The notes beneath the pieces were generated by a model. The model saw only the letters and a program-made list of their open reading frames with translations, had not been told where the DNA came from and did no database searches. A stretch of DNA of 63,581 nucleotides, counting the filler, from Folioceros fuciformis (lineage: Eukaryota): assembly GCA_049999805.1 (NCBI GenBank). It is 5 parts of 5 records of this genome, joined end to end, with 100 filler letters (N's around TTAATTAATTAA, not from the genome) between each part and the next. Parts side by side here need not be neighbours in the genome. Positions count along the whole stretch, not along the records: positions 1 to 12,150 come from JBNGIO010004128.1; 4 more parts are not named here. One strand, 5' to 3'. A program made the position numbers and the translations under genes. This document shows, in pieces, positions 1 through 9,327 of the stretch (positions within the stretch are counted from its first letter, which is position 1; each line of letters begins with the position of its first letter).

Positions 1-69
1 GATTCAAATACATACTGTGGGCGGATTCAAATACATACTGTGGGCGGATTCAAATACATACTGTGGGCG
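1..69. repeat. 23-bp tandem repeat, 3 copies, at the window edge
   Basis: GATTCAAATACATACTGTGGGCG occurs at 1-23, 24-46 and 47-69 with no spacers. Confidence 0.9.
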
Positions 70-417
70 GTAGAAAGCACCAACGATGGCCTCTCGGCCC
101 GCTCGACTCTGCTTCTGCATCAGCGAGAGTGGAGGTGTGGAGCTCACCTCGTCCGTGATGACCGACTCCCGTGTCGGTGAAGCTTGCATTAATGCCGACA
201 TCTGTCCCAGCTTTCGGGTCCTATCCTGGATAGGGAAGTACATCCATAAAAGGCAACAGCACAGCGCTGAAAACAGGAACAGGGCATTAGCGACGTCATC
301 CCTCAATATTTAGGCTTTTGATTCTCTCCGCTTTCCGTATTATATCCACGTATGTATGTATGTACGGACTGTATGTATACATATTTTCCATGGCGAGCCC
401 AGCTCCAGATGTTTGAA

Positions 418-3192
418 TCACCAGTAATCCCCGCAGCTGCAGACTCCGTCCCGGAAGTGGTGGAAGCGGGTGGCATCCCTCTGGATGATCTCTCGGCTTT
501 CCACCTTGGACACCATTTTGGCGAAGGTGTGGCAGTCCTGACAAGTCCGCAGATTCTTCATGACGCGGATGGGTGTTCCTGGAGGTGCGTTCATCAAGCC
601 CCACACCATAGCCAGCTTCTCGCTGTGCCCACATAAAGCATGTTCCTTTCTTTCATCACCAGCGGGAAATGGCACCGACCCTATGTCGGGCACATAGCCT
701 GTCTGCCTCACTCTCTCTGCCAATTTCTGCAGCTCGGCGAAGATACTGTAGCTCTGGGGGTGAACTTCATCCCGCACACCAAATTTATGCATTTTCTGGC
801 TCACCTCTATCCAGCTGTACCCAGGCTCCCTGCCCACCCCCGCTGCTTCCATGAGGTTTCGAACATTCCCTACATCGTTCCACCGTTTGGCAGCCGCATA
901 CATGCTGGCCATAGTAGCATATGCTCCAGAATTATTGGGCTCCAGTTGCACCAACGACTGAAAAGCCCGTTCACCCAGAGGTAAATTGGAATGCTGTTTA
1001 CAAGCACCGAGCAAGGATGACCACACCACAGCACTGGGTGGGATGGGCATCTGCTTCACTACCTGCTCTGCTTCTAGAAGACGACCGGCCCGGCATAGAA
1101 GGTCGACTATACAGGCAAAGTGCCTTTCAGCCGGTGCAACGCCATGAGCCTCCGCCATTGTATGGAAGTACCTAAGGCCGACCTCCATTAGTCCTGCGTG
1201 ACTGCACGCTTTCAGTACGCATAGTAAGGTGACGCTGTCTGGCTTGATGTCCTTCTGCTTCATCTCTTCGAACACCTTGACAGCTTCCTTGCCGTCTCCA
1301 TGCTGAGCATACCCGCCGATCATAGCGGTGTAGGACACCACAGAGTGATCAGGCAGACTGTCGAAAGCTTGTCGAGCGTCACCAATGCTCCCGCATTTGA
1401 TGTACATGTCAACAATGGCACTGCCCAGTGGCAAATCCACCTCAACTGACGTCCGTAGTATGTGGTCATGGATTTTTCTGCCATGTTCCAAGGCTGCAAT
1501 CCCAGCACATGCTTTCAAGGCACTCACCAGAGAATAACTGTTGAGCTTCGTGCCACAATCTTGCATCTCGTCGAATAGCTCAAGGGCAGGTCCACATTGC
1601 CCGTGCTGGACGTAACCTGCCAGCAGCACATTCCATGACACAGTGTCCCTGTTGGCGAGTCCGTCTAGCACCTGGCGAGCGTAATCTAAGTTCCCACATT
1701 TGGCATACATATCGATGAGGGTGTTGCCCAATTCTAAATTCACGTAAACTCCATTTCCAATCATGTCTTGGTGGATTTGCCTGCCGAGATCCAAGTCCAA
1801 GAGGTTGGCACAAGCTTTAAGGAGGAGGAGGAAGCTCACTTTGTCCGCTTGAATGCCTGCTTCTTTCATCTGCTTGTAAAGTTGGAGTGCATCCGTGCTA
1901 CGATACGTCTGCGAATACCCGTATATCATCACATTCCACGAGACTACATCCCTGTTTGGCAATATCTTGAAAACGGCAACTGCATCATCCATGCTTCCAC
2001 ACTTGACGTACATGTCCAAGAGCGCATTTCCCACAAAGATATCTGATTCATAACCCCTTCCAACAACTTGACCATGTACCATTTTGCCACGCTCCAGAGC
2101 TGACAGACTGGCACATGCTTGAAGAATGCTGACAAAGGTGTATTGGTTTGGTAAGATTCCAGCCTTCCCCATGTCTTCACAGAGGTCAAGAGCTGCCTCG
2201 CCAGCTCCCTGTTTCGCGTATCCTGACATCATGGCACTCCAGACCACTAGGTCACGAGCAGGCAGTGTGTCGAAAACCATTCGGGCATCCTCAACTCTGC
2301 CACATTTGCAATACATGTCGACAAGCGCACTACCTATGAAAACGTCCAACTCATGCACGCTCTGCATCACATCAGCATGTATCTGTCTGCCCATCTCCAA
2401 GGCCTGCAAGTTAGCACACGCCCTAACAATACTGGCAAGGATGCCTTTGCTTGGCCTGCAGCCTCTGCCTTTCATTTCTGTGTACAAGCGTAGAGCCTCT
2501 TTCCACTTCCTATGCTGGACATAGGGAACAGTCATTGCACTCCATGTTCCAACATCGTATTCCTTCATCCGATCAAACCTTTTCTCAGCATCCTTCAAGC
2601 TCCCGCACTTCAAATACATGTGCCCAAGCGCGTTTCCTAAAGCCACGTCTAAGCCAAGCCCGTTCTTCAGGATCTCATCTTCAACTCGGATCCCCTCATC
2701 CACGTCCCCCACCTTAGCACACCCTTCTAAGGCGTTGAGAAATGTGTACTTATTCGGCCGCAGTCCAGCACCTACCATTTGGTGATAAGCTTTCACAGCC
2801 TCATAACTTTGGCCCCCTTTCCCAGATGCAGCCATGATCGCTGTCCAAGAAAAAGCATCTTTTTCAGGAACCTCGTCAAATACATTACGTGCATCCCTCA
2901 CACTCCCACACTTTGAAAACATGCGTATTCGCAGGCTTCCCAGAACCGAGCTCAAGGGAAATGTACTTTGCATGATGGGAGCCTGGACTCTTCTTCCCTC
3001 CTGCAGTGCCTTCAATTTCATAAAGCCTTCCAACAGACGAACGTAAATAGGAACTGAAATCTGAGTGCTTTGATAGCTGAATCCTTCCACCACCTGTGCT
3101 GCGTCCCGCCATCCGCCTCCCCTGCAGATTGTGTGCACTTCTCTGCTCAACATTTCCTGCATCAAGTGTGCCAAAAGTTCATCCCAACCCAA
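418..3192 (-). CDS. PLS-class PPR protein with E1/E2 and intact canonical (PG/PGW-type) DYW deaminase domain; organellar C-to-U editing factor
   Basis: Intronless 924-aa ORF (first ATG at 3162). It has repeated P-L-S motifs (LxxMYxKCG...A..VF..L..RD.VSW), the PG box PGYSWIEV, GYVPD, HSEKLA, KNLRTCQDCH and terminal CSCGDYW. Confidence 0.97.
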   Translation of the reverse strand: MGWDELLAHLMQEMLSREVHTICRGGGWRDAAQVVEGFSYQSTQISVPIYVRLLEGFMKLKALQEGRRVQAPIMQSTFPLSSVLGSLRIRMFSKCGSVRDARNVFDEVPEKDAFSWTAIMAASGKGGQSYEAVKAYHQMVGAGLRPNKYTFLNALEGCAKVGDVDEGIRVEDEILKNGLGLDVALGNALGHMYLKCGSLKDAEKRFDRMKEYDVGTWSAMTVPYVQHRKWKEALRLYTEMKGRGCRPSKGILASIVRACANLQALEMGRQIHADVMQSVHELDVFIGSALVDMYCKCGRVEDARMVFDTLPARDLVVWSAMMSGYAKQGAGEAALDLCEDMGKAGILPNQYTFVSILQACASLSALERGKMVHGQVVGRGYESDIFVGNALLDMYVKCGSMDDAVAVFKILPNRDVVSWNVMIYGYSQTYRSTDALQLYKQMKEAGIQADKVSFLLLLKACANLLDLDLGRQIHQDMIGNGVYVNLELGNTLIDMYAKCGNLDYARQVLDGLANRDTVSWNVLLAGYVQHGQCGPALELFDEMQDCGTKLNSYSLVSALKACAGIAALEHGRKIHDHILRTSVEVDLPLGSAIVDMYIKCGSIGDARQAFDSLPDHSVVSYTAMIGGYAQHGDGKEAVKVFEEMKQKDIKPDSVTLLCVLKACSHAGLMEVGLRYFHTMAEAHGVAPAERHFACIVDLLCRAGRLLEAEQVVKQMPIPPSAVVWSSLLGACKQHSNLPLGERAFQSLVQLEPNNSGAYATMASMYAAAKRWNDVGNVRNLMEAAGVGREPGYSWIEVSQKMHKFGVRDEVHPQSYSIFAELQKLAERVRQTGYVPDIGSVPFPAGDERKEHALCGHSEKLAMVWGLMNAPPGTPIRVMKNLRTCQDCHTFAKMVSKVESREIIQRDATRFHHFRDGVCSCGDYW

Positions 3193-3584
3193 TTGGACAC
3201 AAACCTGTCAATCCATTCCTTCAACACTCAACTTCTCAATCGTACTTTCAGCTCAGAAAACTCAGCGTGGTCAAAGAAGCGGTCTATACTTTGATTCAGC
3301 CCATCGTCATGTTGGGAACGTTGCTGAGGAAAACCGTGCACCCACGTGTCCGCCAGATTGTCTGCTGCCGAGAAAAGTAAACTCTAAGGTCCAGGCACTT
3401 TGAGGTACCACTACAGAGCAGAAGCCAGAACATTGCTCTGGACAATTCACAATTTTCTGAGACGACATCCTGTCCAACTCTCAAGGAACGTGAGTCCATA
3501 GGCCGAGGAGCCCCACTCCTGGGTGTGGGCTTGGAGCAAGGATCAGACGGGGACTCCCCTATATATGCACAAGCAGCAAACACC

Positions 3585-5262
3585 ATGTGCGCAGCTACTG
3601 GGCTCCCCTTCAACATAAGTCCCGACAGCTACGTTTGTAACAAACGCGGTGTGGTCAGGCTCATCAAGGACATGAAACATGCTCGCCGTGAGATAGGGTT
3701 GGCCAGGCCAGAGCCCTCTCCTCGGGAGGAGGAAGCGCTGGGCGTTTTGCGCGAGGCGTCGCGGAATCCCCACGGCACGGCTTCCGAGCGACGAGATCGC
3801 CTTCAGGCTGCCTGGTCCTCTCTACGATCTGCTGCCGCTGTTTCTTCAACTCCACGGTCCAAGCATGGCCGTAAGAGGAAGGAGCGGGTGGATGGTACTC
3901 CCGGAAGCTCACAGGACCCGAAAGTGGTACTGCTACTGGAGGGATCGCAACGAGGGGATTCAGAGCAGGTCACCAAGCTGCTGCGGGAAGGGGTGAAGGT
4001 GACAGCCAAGGATCAGCAGGGCTTCACTGCTCTCCATCTGGCATCGCTGCATGGACACGTCCACGTGGGTACTTTGATGGCACAAGCTTGAAGACGGTGC
4101 TTGGCCTGGATGCTCTTCATGATGATAATGAGTGTTCTGTTCATGGCTGATTTGATGCCTCGTGTCGTTGGGAATAGGTGGTGAGAGCACTCTTGAGTGC
4201 AGGAGCTGGAGATGGGAGTCGTATTGACAGGAAATCCAAGTCTGGCAACACAGCTCTTCACTTTGCCTGCACAGGAAACCATGCAGAAGTGGCCAGCATG
4301 CTCTGTGGTTACCAGGCCGACGTCTATGCTGCAAATGAGTATGGCCAAACTCCAGTATCTCTCGGTAGGTGCAACATCAGCTTTGCTGCAAAGCTTCAAA
4401 ATGGCAGGTACAACATCATCTTTACTCAACACTCGCCTGAACCAGGTCTGCGGAAGTTGGTGAGCACGGTAGAGGAGCGTCGTCGGCTAGACAAGATTCA
4501 AGCCACCCGGGAGCAGGCACCTCAACTCCGGCTCCATTCAGCAGGCCTGGAGATGGGGATGGAGTCTGCTTGTATGAGGGATCCTGAACCAGGAAATGGA
4601 TGTGCCAGTGCTGGGTACTTGAGAAGGAACACCATTGCTCTCTGGGAATCATATCAGAAGGAATGGGCTGCATTTGCTGTCAAGTTTGCCACTGCTGCTG
4701 CAGTCCCAGTTCAGCAAGTGGGTCCACAAGATCCAGAGATCAGGACGACAGTATTCTACTACGAGGACGTGCCCTGGCCATTCAGAAGAATAAGACTTCA
4801 TGGGTCTGGGTGTGATGGCATCCAAGGTAATGGTTATGTTTTTTTGGCAGGGTTATGCTTTCTTGAGGAATTGAATTTGAGTTCGTTTTGGCAATTATTG
4901 GCCTGACGGTGGGTACTCTCTTGCCCTCGCAGATAAAAGCGATTTGTTTCTGGCACACCTCCCCTTGGCTGGGAAGTCTATGCGATCTGTCGTACAGCTG
5001 GAGCGTCTGCGATGGTACTTGTTAGGAGGAGTGTTTCAGTCGTCTCATCTGGCATCACTCGCATTGACATCTGTCTGATCTAACTGCGATGATCCTTTCC
5101 TTGTGCAGGCATCCAGACAAGTTTGCCCAGATGTTCGGACGGAGGATAGCTGCTTCAGAAAGAGAAGTGATTATGAGAACAGTCCAGGATGTTTGCCAGC
5201 TGATCAATGCCATCGCTAGTGAGACTTTCGGAGGTGAAAGAGTCCCAAGTAGTGGATTCTAG
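3585..5262 (+). CDS. Ankyrin-repeat protein with NFKBIL1/IkBL-like C-terminal domain (spliced; start uncertain)
   Basis: Ankyrin motifs GFTALHLASLHGH, GNTALHFACTGNH and NEYGQTP, then YYEDVPWP. Manual splicing across GT-AG introns (~4827-4932, ~5015-5108) gives LERLRWHPDKFAQMFGRRIAASEREVIMRTVQDVCQLIN, with TAG at 5260-5262. Confidence 0.8.
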
Positions 5263-5288
5263 GGAGTCTTGGATCCAAGCTTTTCAAA

Positions 5289-6364
5289 TTATTTGTTCCT
5301 CAATCTAGGATTGGGTTTGAAGAGCTGCTTCACACCTTCTCCGGGTGAGATGTCCCAATTCTCTACGTGCCTGTGACCAACTTCAAACACGTCAGCTGTG
5401 GTGCCTGGCAGGAAAAAGCGGGTGTTTCCAGTCGTGAACTCCTGGGTGTAGCCTTCACTTACTTTGTGATCTTTCCAGAGTCATTGTCGAAGTAATACTC
5501 TGTGCTGCCACTGGCTGTGATTCACAGGGATGAAGTTGCTCAGGTGGAAGCTCATAATATGATTGCGTATGTAACTGCTTTGTACGGTGCTTACCTGCGA
5601 GAATGGGCCGCCAAGGGAGAGCTAGTACGCAGTTGAATCTCCACTTGGCGTAGATTCTGTCCTGAAGTTGTCCAAGTTGAAACGGTGAATCCCATGCTTC
5701 AAATCCAATCTTAGAACCAAGGCCACAGAAATTGGAGCAATGACGAGCAGCACCTCATATTCCTGCCAGTCCAGTATCTTCAAGCTGGATTCCTCCATGA
5801 AAGATCCCAGATTGCTCACATTCTGCTTGAACCGCTTCAATCCTTTGAACGAAACGAAAGGGTCAGCAAACTCGCAGTCAGCTTCGTATATTCCCATGGA
5901 CATGTTTCCTGCAGCTCCATTCAAAGAAGCCTTGTTAGATGCGCTGCCCCTCTGGGAACAACTGGCTACACCCGCAGCAATTTGTATTTGCCTGTGACAA
6001 AGTAGGACTTCTCAAAGTCCTTCCGAATGGTCTCAACTGCCAATTGCCGGGGCACGGGACTTGGGAGCACCTCCTCATCCTCCACTTCCCCGTCTTTCAC
6101 ACCGGATGGCCGGAACACCGACACCACTTTTCCGAACGCCTCAGACCCGTACCAAGCCAGCTTCACCAACACATTGGACTCCGCTGTTGGCGGGGTTCTC
6201 TCAGCCTTGCATTGGATTCCGGTTCTCACAACATCGAGCCTGTTACACGCATGCCTCAAGGAAATTGGGTTAAGGAAAGAAGATCCTGAGCAAGCAAGGT
6301 CATAGGGGCGAGAAGGGCAAAAAGAGCTGGCGCTTGTGAGCAAGGTCAGGCCAGAGGACGCCAT
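5289..6364 (-). CDS. DUF2358 / SnoaL-NTF2-like protein, probably plastid-targeted (5 exons)
   Basis: Ser-rich transit-like N-terminus. Spliced sequence reads SYFVTGNMSMGIYEADCEFADPFVSFKGLKRFKQNVSNLG...WRFNCVLALPWRPILA...GSTEYYFD...HVENWDISPGEGVKQLFKP, with TAA at 5289-5291. Confidence 0.88.
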
Positions 6365-6457
6365 TCCCTAGCATTCAGCAATCGACGATCACAGTGACAG
6401 CATGTCCTCTGACCGAGCAGGAACAACATAAATAGCTTTTTACATTCACCGTGACCC

Positions 6458-6754
6458 CTGTTTGATATTTATGTCGAGAGGTTTCAGTGGACAAGTCAGG
6501 CTTTTGGAGACATAATCGGCCGATGGCACCTTGGAGAGGGGATCTTGAATAGCCCAGGTACATTGAGTTCTGGCGGGAGAAAGGAGGGACTCCGAGGATA
6601 TTGCGCTCAAGGTAGAGAGCGGGAATGCACGTCTAAGCATGACGCAGGAAGCCGGCCAGATACCTCACAAAGCTGGTGTGAAAGCCAATGTGTAAGGAAA
6701 GGAGGATGTGATTGTGCACATGAGGAGAAGCTGGCCCTTGCATTTGGCCTCATT
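6458..6754 (+). pseudogene. Decayed E2 + DYW:KP-type (putative U-to-C editing) domain relic
   Basis: Reading across frameshifts gives LFDIYVERFQW (E2-like) ... QVH/EF/LAGERRDSEDIALKVESGNARLSMTQEAGQIPH / KLV*KPMCKE / KEDV / CAHEEKLALAFGLI. No CxxC or terminal triplet is visible. Confidence 0.72.
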
Positions 6755-7156
6755 GTGTCCCACACTTCGCGTGGAACAGAATTAGGCCTGCCTCCTCCAA
6801 TTGTACATGCACAACAAGCGCCGCTCGCCCGAGTCCTTGCTGCGCGCGCGTCCCAGCAATCAAGGCGGTCTCTCTTACCACATCCTTTGACAAAAGCCAA
6901 CATGGAGTGCAACGTTAGTTACTTCACGTTTTGCGTACATATCCACCAGGCAATAGAAATCCTAATCCTTACCTTTAAAAGACACCCTATCCATTACCCT
7001 CACGCATTTCAGGTGCATACTTCGGAGAAATGGGCTTTCTTGTGCAAGGCCTGCATGCTTCATTTGGTGAGAAGCAATAAATTCGATATCACCAATACAA
7101 CACATTCATTCGCTACGTGTCATGTGCATGTAACTATGAGGGGCAGAGTTGAAACA

Positions 7157-7342
7157 CTATAGGCAAGCTTGAAATAGACACCTAGTGTGAAGGATGAGAT
7201 TGTGGAACGGTGTAGGCAAGTCTAGAATAGACACCAACTGTAAAGGATGAGAGATCAGGACATCCTTGGCAATGTTGATTGCTTTCCAAAAAGAAGAGCG
7301 ATTGCGAAGGTTAGTACACCCGCCTCCATAAGGTACCAACAA
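7157..7342 (-). mobile_element. Possible degenerate LINE ORF2 fragment
   Basis: RSSFWKAINIAKDVL resembles the S-x-W-K-x-I motif found downstream of plant LINE RT domains. The match is short and weak. Confidence 0.3.
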
Positions 7343-7819
7343 CGATTGATAGCATGACTACCATGCTAGTGGCCCACAGTATCAACCAAGTGACTTTGAG
7401 GATAGTGAGATCATAAACTTGATCCTCTAATCAAGTTGCTAATTGGAGTAAGAAGTTGTGGAGTTGAAGGTGTTGTTTGATGAATCTACTATTAGTTCTC
7501 ATATTGCCTTGTAGGTTGCAATTGAAGGCAAATTTATGAACCACTTCCACATTTGTGTGCTACAAGTTCAAGCACTGCAACTTGCTTGTGACAATGCCCA
7601 TGCAAACTTAGTAATGTTGCAACATTAGCAGTTTGGGAGGGGTAAAAGCATAGACAACGGCCAAGAGCAGCAATGCCTCGAAGCTGCATAAGAAGCCACC
7701 GCCGCCTAAGATATAGGACAATGATAGGTCATTTAGAGGACATGAGAACTTATTTTATTCTAGTTGGAATTACATTTGGTTGTCAATGTTACCGTTGGTG
7801 CTTCAAATTCCAATGGTGG

Positions 7820-8221
7820 ACAACAACCCACCCAAGTTTTGCTCAAGAGATCTGGAGGGAGCTGGGCAGGTGGCTTCGATTGATCTTTCCTAGTGCTAAT
7901 CTCAAGATCACGAGTCAATCAGCCCTATTCAAGTTGGACGCAGCCTCGGGAGAGCTTCTCTTGAAAACCCAATGGTGGGGCTTACTGTGGTCTTCGTGTC
8001 TCTTTCACCTGTGGGCCAACTGGTCCGCGGTGGTTTATGATGGACAGAAGTCGGCCTCACCGAAAGCTTTGCTATGGCGCATATGGGAGCATTTATTGAT
8101 AGCAGCAGAAGCCCTGGAGCAATCCCAACGAAATCAGTTCAAGAGGAAAGACTGGAGGACGGCGGGTCTCCTATCGCCTGGGAAAGATCGCTGGAATCAC
8201 TCGTACCCCTGGGGAAGGTGA
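7820..8221 (+). mobile_element. Non-LTR retrotransposon (LINE) ORF2 C-terminal remnant
   Basis: PSFAQEIWRELGRWL...WWGLLWSSCLFHLWANWSAVVYDG matches the Trp-rich post-zf-RVT pattern (FA..IW...W..W..RN..F). It is next to an assembly gap. Confidence 0.6.
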
Positions 8222-9141
8222 GTATTTAGGGTCTATGAGAGGCTTGGAGGTGGATGTATCAGAGGCTTTGGCAGTATGCAGGTACCATCGGATTGGGGAG
8301 CGCTCACAGAGTGCCTTGTCTTGAGTTTTGGGCTCTAGGCCAANNNNNNNNNNNNNNNNNNNNNNNNNNNNNNNNNNNNNNNNNNNNNNNNNNNNNNNNN
8401 NNNNNNNNNNNNNNNNNNNNNNNNNNNNNNNNNNNNNNNNNNNGGTTTTCCTTTGTATCGTAAGTGGGAGGAGCCTTTCCACTCATAATCAGAATTATTT
8501 TCTTTGCGAAAAAAAAAAAACAATGTGTGTGTCACCAATTGCAAACGGTCTACAGTCCCAAACTTACTTTGGTGGAGATGCAACCATTGTTATGGTAGGC
8601 CTTCATAAAATCTTTGACCTGTCTCCACTTGATCCAAAACCATGGAAGTAATATTGTTGAGTAGTTAGTAATACCGCGCAAGGAGGTTATCCAGGATGGT
8701 GCCTACTAGCACCTCATTCAAACTAATGTTCACGAAGACATCATGTTCTTGCACAACACTTAGGGCGATCGATCCTAATGTCATAAACTCACTTCAGCCA
8801 CAACAATAAAATCATTTGGTAGTGACAATGTTTACCAACTATGTTGGTACATAGTAAAGGAGGACCTCAATGTATTGCACTAAAGCCTACAATCTCGACA
8901 TTGAAGGAAATTACGAAGCCCCTAAGTCATCTACTCCACCGAAGCCAAGAAGCTCCACAATCCACGATTTTCCTAGACTAGTGTAATATGGAACTACCCA
9001 TGTAATATGGCTGCGAATAAAGATGTTGCATCAAAACAATGTAGGAGAATTGGTCAAAAAGAAGCAAATCTTGAAAATATGAATCACATTTCAAGTGTGT
9101 ATGAAACAAGAATTTCCATCGAGAAAGCTATCATGTCGCAA

Positions 9142-9290
9142 TCATTAAGAGTAATGCATTAAATAGGCAAAATTTTAAGCACAAATTGTAAATGTTTTCA
9201 TTTCTACCAAGAAGTCATTAGAGTAGAACATTAAATATGCAAAATGTTAAGCAAAAATTGCAAATGCTCTTATTTGTACTAAGAAGTTGT
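9142..9290. repeat. Degenerate ~73-bp direct duplication
   Basis: tcattaagagtaatgcattaaataggcaaaattttaagc at 9142 recurs as tcattagagtagaacattaaatatgcaaaatgttaagc at 9215. Confidence 0.7.
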
Positions 9291-9327
9291 TCGAGCACAA
9301 CTACTCTATTTCTACATTCATTTTCAT

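Noticed and set aside
1-69. CRISPR-like or functional 23-bp repeat
   Set aside because: It has no spacers and sits at the window edge, so it may be a simple tandem or an assembly stutter.
6545-7162. 205-aa ORF as a real protein
   Set aside because: It starts at a non-ATG codon, and only ~14 residues are DYW-like. The rest of the homology lies in other frames.
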